Assembly: GCA_964304625.1 (NCBI GenBank)
Contig: OZ199839.1
Span: forward strand, 4,529,376-4,593,375
Length of the DNA stretch: 64,000 bases
Direction of reading: 5' to 3'
Origin: Kudoa neothunni
Taxonomy: Eukaryota > Animalia > Cnidaria
Positions 53,496-64,000 of this stretch are shown piece after piece; the first letter of the stretch is position 1, and each line of letters begins with the position of its first letter. Position numbers and translations under genes: made by a program. Under the pieces are notes generated by a model. That model saw only the letters and a program-made list of their open reading frames with translations, searched no databases and was not told the DNA's origin.

Positions 53496-54093
53496 CAGTA
53501 GTTCTCAAACTTTTATGACAACGGAACTCGTTTTACATTCTTTGTAGTATAATGGAACCCTTATCTTAATTAACCCATTAAGGTTTTTATAACTAACTTG
53601 AATGGCTTAATACTTCTTGTAATAACAAAATATTTTATTTGTTACACATTAACTAAAATTGTAATAAACAAAAATTAATTTAAAACACATAGTAAATCGG
53701 AACATACTCCGTTTTTTTTAATTAGAACTTGCAGATCGTTCAATTGCAAGTTAATCTATTTCTGCGCCTTCTTTAGATGATATTATACTTAACTTTTCTA
53801 ACCATCGCTCCGCTCCCATTGTAATGTTTAAAAAATATTTAAAACAATTTTTTGAATAAAAGAGATACTCGCGTTAACAGAAAAGCGGCACATTCTTCCT
53901 GCATGTACGTTGGCGTGTGTCTTATTGACAAAAGCCTGCTATCACCAGTGTTGCAAACTTTAGCCATCAATGGAAATTCACTGACGTCATGAGATACAAT
54001 ATGTACCAATTTCTTATGATTAAATGTTGTTTTTCACTGTAGCTTTGTGAAACCTCTGCTCTCGCTTCGTGGAACCCGCATTGAGAACCGCTG
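53496..54093. mobile_element. hAT (Charlie/Buster-type) MITE
   Basis: CAGTAGTTCTCAAAC ... TTGAGAACCGCTG with TSD TATTAGAG/CATTAGAG and subterminal GGAACCC motifs. Confidence 0.9.
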
Positions 54094-54109
54094 CATTAGA
54101 GGGTTAATA

Positions 54110-55100
54110 TCGTCATGAAGGTTTTGACGTGGTAGAAGATTCAATAATAAATTTTTGAATAATGTAAAGAAAGTGGCTATTGACACGGATCATGGCATTT
54201 AGATGAGTGTAGTTTGAATCGTTGTTCATTTTATTTTTAACAATGGTAATGATCGATCATCGGTCAAACATAATTATATACAGCAGATTCTAGCGAATAA
54301 GCTTTATACATCAATTCTAAATGGAAGTTTTGGGGATTAAAAATGGACACTGAGCTTTCGTATATGCCATTCAGGACTAAAAATTTCCGTATCAACAACC
54401 ATTGAATTTTAAATTCAAACATTAACACCAGGGCGTCAATGAGATTATCGGGAAAAACCCAAGGTCGCAAAGAAAACACAATAGTATCATTAAAATAATA
54501 AAAATTTTAAGATGGTGTTGAAATATCCAAATATAATCACAGAATAATAAGAATAATTGATTAAATAACAATTATCCAGGGGTTGGAAAACCGTGCGTTG
54601 CCGACGACCATGATATCTTTTTAAAATTTCGAACAATTTTAATTCTCTCCATTACTAAAACAATAAATATGATTATTCTACCTAATTATAAAACTTATTG
54701 TTTATAAACTCGTCCCAAAGAATTCAATAATTTAAAAGTTTTGTGAATAGACAAAAAACCCAAGGTTTGGACGCCCTGATTAACACTATCGGGCGCATGC
54801 TTGAAGTCCGTATTTCACAGAGTCATGGGCATGGATCACTCTAAGGTAGATGTTGGTGATCTTGTGAGCGTCACCATTGCTGGATACGATGTTGTTGTTA
54901 TAGGACACAATTATTATATCGGTAATCCCAGCTGTAAATGTTGTGACCCAACTGTCGTATTGCTTCGGAACAAACGTATTCCTTTTAAATATATCAATTT
55001 CTTGGAGTTGTCCCGAAGAGCAAGAGTTCAATGTTATATGCTGTCTTTAAAGAAAGGAGTAAGTGTTCAAGTGTTATTTTTTATGATATTTTTTAGTTCC
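54110..55100 (-). pseudogene. Decayed unknown protein-coding sequence interrupted by a hAT MITE
   Basis: Minus-strand ORFs 54786-55031 and 54264-54428 flank the MITE and join with one frameshift. No family recognised. Confidence 0.35.
54429..54778. mobile_element. hAT MITE (CAGGGC..CA family), copy B
   Basis: CAGGGCGTCAA ... TTGGACGCCCTG with perfect TSD ATTAACAC. AAAACCCAAGG subterminal motifs as in 27378-27933. Confidence 0.92.
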
Positions 55101-55533
55101 CTCTAATTTTTATTAATGGACGTTACTATGGGAACCATGCTGATCTTAAACATATGGAGAAAAACAACCTATTTAATGATGCCATGAAAGGATTTTTCTA
55201 GTATAAACATTTAGTGTAAAAATTAATGTATTATTCTAATTGTTAAAAATGTGTTTCCTATAAATTTACTTTTATACATATATTTGTGCTAGAAACTTAA
55301 AAATAGTTACTAAGAGACTCAAGCCTTGCACAATGTTCTCAATTTTTTGAAGGATTACAGTAAAGATTGAATATTGCGGAATACATAATTTTCAATATTA
55401 TTTTATTATCGTTTAAATCAATTTAACAATTAAAAATAAAAGATGTTTTGATTTATACACAAAATCTCGTTATTGCGTGATTTTTGTGAACGACTGAGTT
55501 AAAATTAATAGTTAAGTCATCGTGTCTCATTAA

Positions 55534-58500
55534 CCCTCAGAACGCCCGAAAATCCACTTTACACATTCCTTCTTCTGGGGTCCAATGGACGCCAGCTTTT
55601 TATAGCTAGAATTATGCAAAAGAATAAATAATTTACTAAAATATAAAAGAAAATTATCGATAAGATATTGAAAAATATAACAAAATCACGCCGCCGGGTT
55701 GTACCGAAGATCACCGAAGAGTTTACAGCTTTAAAACAAGGCTGTGTCTATTGGTCCGGCAGATCAGTTTTACGATTTTGTAATATTAAAAAAAAAGTAA
55801 AATTAGGATTTTCATTTCCCAATTGTTAAATTACAAAGTTTACAAACATATTTTTGATATTCGAGTCGCTCCAATTAGGAATTGTTACCTGCGCGGCGTG
55901 ATTATCGTTTTCAATTATCATATATTTAACTTATATTTTTTCGCCGAAATTTGAGAATAAATTTGAGAATAAATTGATCTAGTGATCGCATCCAAATTAA
56001 ACAGTGACGTTGAATTTTATGAACCTTGTGTTTAGTGTAGCGTGGTTATTCGTACGCAATGAACAGCAACGAAAGTGGTGGATGCAACCATGATGTTAAC
56101 ACTAACGAGAATAATTTTTTTAAAGTTGGTGATACGTTTAATAGCTTTGAAGCGTTAAAGTTGAAAATTGAACAGTTGGAATTACTCGATAAATATACGA
56201 TGTCCATATTAGATTGCAAAACCATTATTAAAATATTATCAATTAAAATATTGTTGTATTCACCGCGGAAAAAAGGTAAATCGTTTTATTTTGTTAAATA
56301 TTTTTTATTTAAGGTTAATTATTGTTTTGTCTTTAGGAATATTTTTATTTATTTGTTAAGTTATTTATTGGTTTCATTACTTTAGAGAAAGCGATCAACT
56401 GGTCAACGAAATACGAACTCTTATTATAAGGGATGCCCAGTGTTTTTAAGATTTCTAATAGACACCGATGGGAAAAAACTTAATGATGAGGAGATTACAT
56501 ATATCACCCAACTTGTTGAAGTCGACGGTAATTCAAAGGCTATCTAAGAAAAAATTTTTAGGGAGAAGGGAAAGTACGTTTCACTGAAAAAGCTAAGAAA
56601 CATTAAATATTCAATTAAGTCCCATTCAACCACACATGATTGTTTGTTAACTCTAAAAAATAATCCTAATGTATTTATTGAAGTGTTAGAAGGTGAAAAT
56701 AATTTTAAGGGCCTTTTTTATCAAGATTTGGACATGAAAAAATGCCTGAAAGCTTATCCCGAAATAATATTTATTGACGCCACATATAAATTATTAGACT
56801 GTAGGGCTCCAGTTTATTTTCTTGTGGTAATGGATGGAAGAGGAATGAGCGAGATTGTGGCAACAGGAATCCTCACTGAAGAAACTGAGGAAATATTATC
56901 GTGGTTTATTAAAACAATTAAAAAGCATAACCCAGTGATAGAAAATGAGACTAAAATTTTTGACAGGCAAAGACATAGTAGAACGAAAAGTTTTAAAAAA
57001 TATTTTTCCAAATGTTAACATTCAATTATGTCTTTATCATGTCTTAAAAGCATTTAATCATGAAATCAAGGTCGAGAAAATGAACATCAATTCTAAGGAA
57101 AAAGAAATTTCACTCTTTTACCTACAAAAAATCTCATACGCCAAAAACAATGATGAGTATAATTCTATAAAAAAACAATTTAAGGATAATGTAGGAGAAA
57201 ACGTTTATCGTTATTTTAAAAATAATTGGCATACCATCAAAGATGAATGGGTTATTGGTTTACATAAATACTTCAAGAATGGAGAATGATAATAAGGCTG
57301 TACAAGAAATTTTGAGTATACTATAAATTATAAATTTTTTAAATAACAAATAGCTATGCTGAGTTGGTTCGTTGATAAAAAAATTGCGAGAAGAGCTATG
57401 GTTAATAAAGAAAAAATTGATAAAATATTTCCTTATTTTATTAACGACGCCATTTTATAATATTAAAACGATTATAAAAAACAAACAAACCGTTGGCTAT
57501 ATGTGCAGTATCTGTAAAAACACGATTGGGAACATGGAATCATCTATAGGTTGTGATATATGCTTAGAATAAAGTCATTTCAAATGTCAAAATATCAGTA
57601 TTGGTCCATATTCTAAATATTGGTGTTGCAACGAATGTAAAAAGTTATTCAAGAACAAATGAAAGTACAAAGGTTGTAAACTTGAAAAAAAAATATTTCT
57701 CCAACAAAAGAGTAGTTTTATTCGAATTATCTTCAAAATTATTACGATTTTTCCAGATACAAATTTTTTTATTGCAAATACGAATAGTGCCAAACTATAT
57801 TATATTTTTAATTACGCGAATAATCGAATAAATACTATTTCTTTTGTAAACAACATTGGCTACTATAGGGTCGATTTGTCTAAAGCTTCGTTTTTAAAAT
57901 TAAATTCTATAGTCTTAAACGGTTTCTATAATGATCTCGTATATAATCAACATTAAATAAACTTCATGTTTAAGAATATACCAATATAATTAATATTTTT
58001 TCGAACCCGGATGGAGATATTTACTTACTCATTCGAAATAGCGTCGAAATTTTAATTTATTTACAAAGCAAACATAATTTGAATAATATTTCGAGATAAA
58101 TTTTGTCAAATTGCTTTACCGCTTGACTAAATGAACTTTTGTTTGTTATGTACTATGTAAATTAACTTATTAGCACGAATCAATCTCTCGAAATTGAATA
58201 TCAATAAATTATCAAACTGATATAAATAATTATTAATTATTGCTCTAAATAGAATCAAATATATCTCAAAATTATTATTTTTAGATGCATTTTAAGGATA
58301 AATATAATGCATAATTAAGTCATTGGAATATATAAATATTTCTATAGAAAACTTAAGCCTCATTAATCCAATAATTCATAAACGTGCTAGTTTATGTAAG
58401 ATTGGCATTTTTCACAAGCCAAAAAATGAAGATCTCGATTCTATCCGTGTCTAAATAGGTGTCTGAGTATTCTCGTTAATTAAACTTAACTGATAGATAT

Positions 58501-58765
58501 ACTTGTCGTTAAAATGTTGTTTAAATATTAAATGTAATTTTATATCCACTCAAAGTAAATTTAAATAGCATGCGATGCTGATCTGCCGGGTCAATAGTCA
58601 CTTCCTTAAAATAAACATAAAATTCAACGATTTTAACGACCTTTTGCATCTAATGTTGTTTTAATAAATAAAAATTTAATTCTATATTAATAAAACAGTA
58701 TAAAAAGTTTCCCTCACAATTAATTTCTTAATAGTGGCGGCCAATAGAAACCGCAATAAATAAAA
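55534..58765 (-). mobile_element. piggyBac 3' end (same family as 8260-9610), split by a MULE
   Basis: 55534-55739 and 58606-58765 are the reverse complement of 9280-9610. TTAA at 55530-55533. Confidence 0.85.
55740..58605 (+). mobile_element. MULE transposon with C-terminal PHD finger, decayed
   Basis: TIRs GGCTGTGTCTATTGGTCCGGCAGATCAG / CTGATCTGCCGGGTCAATAGTCACTTCC with 9-bp TSD TTAAAACAA/TTAAAATAA. Motifs FKVGDTFNSFE, YPEIIFIDATYKL, QLCLYHV, YFKNNWH. PHD remnant at 57500-57640. Confidence 0.9.
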
Positions 58766-59462
58766 CTAGCGCAAAAGCCCCGCTTCGCATGGGCTTCCCT
58801 TCCGGCCACGCAGACTAAAGCCTTGATTAGACCAGGGTCATTTGAAGTTCAAAGTAAATTAATGGTATTTAAATCAATAGTGGAAAGATTACCCAATTAA
58901 CGGATGATTTATTTAACTAATTGGACGTATGAACCTTATTTAATATTTATAAAAACGAATAAACACTACTGAGCGTTTAAATTTCCTATTTAAAACTCCT
59001 AAAACATCGATTTTCTCCTTGTTGTTTGCAGTAATCTCTAAATCATACCATATGAATACGACTAATCTTGTTAAACATCAACAAATGGATTTCATATTAA
59101 TGCTTGGCTATATAACCTAATATTACCTTCTTTATTTGAACTATTTCAATTATTAAATTACTTTTCAATAATTTTAAATTAAATAAACGTGATTGTACGT
59201 TTAAAATTAACTTTTAAAACTTTAGAGAAATGATCTATATGTTTGCATAAATCCTAAAATCAAACCACTCATGCCACGTGAAAATATTTTTAGTCATTTT
59301 GTAGGATGCAAACGTTTTGTAATTTTTTACGTATACGTATTTTGCTATGTCAAAATAAAATTTTTTCTTTCCATATGTATGCTCAAATGGAGCGTTATGT
59401 CTCTCTATAAAGAATGAAAAATGCGTACACACACGGATTTCCGGTTTGCTTTATATACTAGA
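58766..59462 (-). mobile_element. Complete non-autonomous Helitron (family A, 697 bp)
   Basis: Minus strand reads A|TCTAGTATATAAAG...GTGTGTGT at the 5' end and ...GCGAAGCGGGGCTTTTGCG-CTAG|T at the 3' end. AT insertion site, no TSD. Confidence 0.85.
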
Positions 59463-59619
59463 TTTTTTTCAAAAAATAGGTTTATTGTAACATATAAGGC
59501 TTAAAATACAATCGTTAGTTTAAAACAAAGAAAAAAGATTGAACATCACATTAAAAGATCGTATATATATCCAAAAAATGAAGTGGAAAGTTTAATATAT
59601 ATTTTATACTATATTATAG

Positions 59620-59792
59620 TGTTAGGGCTTCCAGATGGTTCTAGTTTAACATAGAATACACTGAAAGCTTCTATAACAATCTATCATCGGCCTAGATGTT
59701 TCTAGAACATTCTGGATTCTAAATTCCATATATAAACAGCTTTGTAGATATACATATAGTGATATTAATAACAATGGTGTCTTGTCTTAACA
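59620..59792 (+). mobile_element. Solo LTR, family 3 (173 bp)
   Basis: TGTTAGG...CTTAACA with perfect 5-bp TSD TATAG. Contains TTCTAGAACATTCT (HSE-like) upstream of TATATAAA. Confidence 0.85.
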
Positions 59793-60656
59793 TATAGAAA
59801 TCCTATTAACGTTGCTTCTTTTTATTTTGTATAGTTAACTTTCGTTAAGAGTGTTTCTTTAAAAATTAATTGTTCAACGATTTTTTCTGACAGATATCAA
59901 ATACAATGAAGATTGAAGATTCATTGTATTGTCGCTATAAAAATTTCATGATAAAAGTTTTACGATAAAATGATTATAACTTATTTTATAATTCGAATAA
60001 ATTAATAAAAAAAATTTCTAAACTAAAATATATAATGATTGATTGTATTGTTATCCTAAAAGGTTCATAGTCGATGTACATAAAAAAATAGAGAAGATAA
60101 ATTAAAGTAAGATGCGTAAGGCTTAATTAAACGGCCGAGGCGTATAATTTTGAAACGATCAATTCACAAAAAATGTTGTTAAGACATATAATAAACTTAG
60201 AAGTTAATGTGAAAACAATAAAATGTGTTTTCAATATTCATTGGAAATTTAACGATGATTTCATGTGTGCCGACAGCGTAGTATTCGGGATTTTGTGCCA
60301 AAATTAGATGTTATCATAATTAGCTGTAAACTTCCTCTCGGCATTCTTCTATTTTAATATAAACAACCGCAAAAAAATCGACGTGCAAAAGGATGTTTTT
60401 TAGGTGCCACATCTTACCCTATTACCGAACTTTACGTAACGCGCATATATTTTATTTCTTATGAATAAAACGATTTTTGCATATTATTAATTTATTAGGT
60501 ACTTTTCTAAATCATATTTGAATATTGTATTGGTAAATTTCTAATATAATGAAAATCGCTCGACTTACGTTTGAAAAAGGGGATTCATTTATAATAATTT
60601 ACTAATTATTGGATGTGTTCAATTAGAAAATGCGTTGATATATAAAATTAGTAGTA

Positions 60657-62739
60657 CAATGGGTGACGGGTACTTGGCACCTTTAGAATATCTAACGAAA
60701 TAAAATAACGTAGAAGACAATAACTTTAAAAAAGGTTGTAAATACATTTAAAAACGTATATTATTCAATTTAAAAATATAAATATGTTTTCAAGCGTTGA
60801 TGGGTATTTGACACTCTTTTCGCCTGAGTTAGATATTAATCACGTGCAACACTTCAGTTTTGTAAACATGGCTGATAAAAAGTAGTATTCTATTAAGGAG
60901 AAACATGATATCATCAGATTTTTTGAAAAGCAATCACCTAGAAACGCTAAAAGTCAAACGGTGAAACATTTGAAACTTGCTTCAATATCCACCCTAACTA
61001 AATGGAATTTTAGCAACAAAATCACAAATTATCAATTTTTATGAGAGTGGCCTAGTTAAAAAAATAGAAAAATTCTAAAAAAGGGAGGTATTGATGAAAT
61101 CGACAAAGAATTCTGTAAAGGTTTGAAATGTGTCAGTTGTGGATGGTTTCGCGGATTTAAAGATAGATTTAATCTCTGAAGATTTAACTTTCATGGAGAT
61201 TCTAATACCGTGAGCGATGATGTTGTGTCTGACTGGAAATCTCAATTAGAATCTATAATGAAGAACCACAAAAAAAATAAAATCCTTAACTTGGGTGAAA
61301 CTGCTTTATTCTACCAACAACATCCAAGAAGTAAAAGCTTAAAATTTTTTGTTTCCATATATTGATACCGTTTAGTTTATATTAAGTTAATTAATATTGA
61401 GATGAATGTTTATCATCCATTACTAACTCATTTTTAATGTTAATATTTCAACTTTTTAAGTTTAATTACGTGACAAGTCGATTTTTTTAGATTTCTAGAA
61501 GAATTGTTATTTTATAGATTCTATTTAGGAAGAAGTTATCTTTCGTCTAACGAGTCAAATTCAAAATGCACTAAACGGTCCAAAAAACAAATAACGCTAC
61601 TACTTGGGATCTCCTTAACAGGAGAAAAGCTTGAGCCAATAGTTTTGGGCCATCATAGTCAACCAAGATGTTTTAAAAATTTAAAACGAAAATCGATCCC
61701 TTATTACTCAAAAAAAAATTCCTGGATGACCACTGAAATATTTGCTCAATATTTAATCCAACAAAATCAAACATTCAAAAACAAAAATTTGAAAGTTTTA
61801 TTTTTGGTGGACAATGCAAGCTGTCACCCTCCTTTAAGTCTTTCCAACATTACGTTAATGTTTTTCCCAAAAAATACAACCTCTGTACTCCAAACGATGG
61901 ATCAGGGTGTAATCAATTTGTTCAAGTCGATTTATAGGAAGAATTTGATTGAAAAATATACCTTTTACGTCAAAAATAACTTAAATATAAAGCCGATTGA
62001 TATTTTAGATGCCTTGGTATTGATAAAGAAATCTTGGGAAAATGTCAGGTCGCAGATATATCAAATTGTTTTAGAAAGGCTGGCTTTATTTTCGAGGATA
62101 ATAGTACTGAAATATCCCCTGTTCCATCCGAAAAATTAATCAATGTTGACCAGACTTGCAATGAGTTAATTCCAAAACCGTCATTTGATGAAGAAGATGG
62201 CACTGATCTGTTAGAATCCATAATGGAGGAATTTATTGTTAGAGTGTGTCAGTATGACACAGAAGAAAATTCAGTGATTCTTTCAGAGTCATCAAAATGT
62301 TTTGAATACCTATGTAGCGATTTTTTAGTTCTTTTTTTTTTTGTGTGCAAAAAAACCAACGGTTTAAATTTTTATCGACCTCAATCGGCAAATGCCGATT
62401 GTTAAATATGTAAATAATTTTGTTTACTGATAAATGTTTATTTTAATCGTGACTTGAGTCACGACAACCTAAAAGGATATTTCAAACAATGCGGTTCTGA
62501 TGTTTGGGATCCACTTTATCGAATTGAAATGGAACTTTATAAGACGTCGGAAAAAAGTACGATACAAACAAAAAGATTAGATTACTTTAGTAGTTCTAAG
62601 CAGATTTTGAATTACTAATAAACACTTTTTTTTATAACGGACGTGCGCGCGTCGTTAGTTGCCAAATAGCCCGCAATGTTGGCTATTTGGCACTTTTCCT
62701 TCGATCTCGTAGGGATTACGTAATACCCGTCACCTACTG
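60657..62739 (+). mobile_element. pogo/Tigger element with intron-containing transposase, decayed
   Basis: TA|CAATGGGTGACGGGTA ... TACCCGTCACCTACTG|TA. Motifs GWFRGFKDRF, ETALFYQ, SWMT, LVDNASCH, FPKNTTSVLQTMDQGVI. Intron at 61331-61528. Confidence 0.9.
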
Positions 62740-62963
62740 TATACTTATTTAATGATATAAAAATAAAATTTATAGTAATAAATTTGCTTAAAATAATTTT
62801 ATGTATTAAGTTGACATTTTATATACACAAAAATTTCAAAGTGAATAATTATAACACTGTTTTTTATTCAGTTGACTTATAATAATGACAACGAAAATTA
62901 CTTTGAGACAATCTTTCTTTTATTTGTTGAGGTTTTAGAGATAAAACCTATTTATCTTCTTAA

Positions 62964-64000
62964 CCCATAGCGGGTTTTCGTTGCTTTTTCGGCACTGGCA
63001 TATAATCGCCATACAAACATTCATTGTTTTTAAAATTTTATTATTTTTTTAATATCAATTAATGAATTCATTTTTAATTTATTACTACAGTATAATTATA
63101 GTTAATAATGTATTTGTAAAGATATGATAATAAATAGCTCATACCATGTGCTTAGGTCATAATGCAACGAAAAATTTATGATATTTGTCTCTTTGAAGAG
63201 TATTTTTGTAAATTTAGAAAAATTATATTTAGTTTTATGATATAAACTCAATTTAAGAATTACAGACTTATCTAAGATAAGTTATAACGGAAGTAATGCG
63301 AGGCCGAAAAAGCAACGAAGAACGACCAGCATGCCATGCTAAATCCTAATAATCCCACATTTGTTATTTGATCGACGCAGTTGATGAAATTGATAATAAT
63401 GATGATGAAATTAGTTGCATCGATATTGTAATGGACGAAGAAGAAAGTTTTGTCAGCCTAGATTCAGACAATGTTGACATCAGGAATGTCCCCGAAGTTT
63501 GCGGGGAAGTTGAGATATTTTCAACATTAGATGATGGTCAGACTGCTGAGAACTCCATAGCTATGTGGGAAAAAATTCTTCATTCATCAAATTTATCAAC
63601 CGATATGGAAATTAATGTTTTTTCACAAAACAAAAATGAATTGCCAACAAACGTTTCGCTCGAAAAATACGATTCACTCGAAGCATTTTATGAATTTTTC
63701 GATGAAAGTTTATTGATGCACATTGTTAAACAAAGTAATCTGTATGCTTGCCAGAAGAATGACCATTCTTTCCACTTATCGTTAAAGGAACTAAAATCAC
63801 TCATTGGTATTTTGCTACTGTCTGGATATAATAAATTATCCCAACAACATATGTATTGGGAATCTGCAATGGACTCTGGAGTTGATATAGTCAGAAAATG
63901 TATGTCCTATAAACGCTTCAAGACTATAAAATCATATATTCAACTTAATGATAACGTCAGTTTAGATCCCTCAAAGCAACCGGCACCGTGAGAACCAATC
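62964..64000 (+). mobile_element. piggyBac (PGBD3-like) 5' part, truncated by the window edge
   Basis: TTAA|CCCATAG terminus. ORF 63368-63991 has an acidic N-terminus and FYEFFDESLLMHIVKQSNLYA, ELKSLIGILLLSGYNKL...MYWE, MSYKRFKTIKSYI. Confidence 0.88.

Overview
Very AT-rich eukaryotic (animal-like) genomic DNA. Intron size, base composition and transposon content resemble a compact-intron parasite genome such as a myxozoan, but that assignment is inference only. Two conserved host genes, both on the minus strand with many short GT-AG introns (mostly 34-80 nt), are TAF5 (13564-16397) and UBR7 (34009-35836). A previously unannotated small type-I membrane glycoprotein gene lies just downstream of UBR7, and a possible spliced micro-protein gene lies head-to-head with it. 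A ~6 kb intronless, decayed gene encodes a ~1,900 aa coiled-coil protein with a C-terminal TM helix (23129-29359). Nearly everything else is decayed, heavily nested transposons: Tc1/IS630, pogo/Tigger, piggyBac, hAT, MULE, Merlin and Helitron, plus four solo LTRs from three families. Many boundaries can be fixed to the base from TIRs and target-site duplications. The most striking patterns are repeated insertion of one element into the terminal repeat of another (including two different hAT MITEs at the identical 8-mer inside piggyBac-type termini), a three-level nested stack of four elements, a conserved intron in two pogo transposases, a MULE carrying a PHD finger, and strongly degenerate 5' splice sites.
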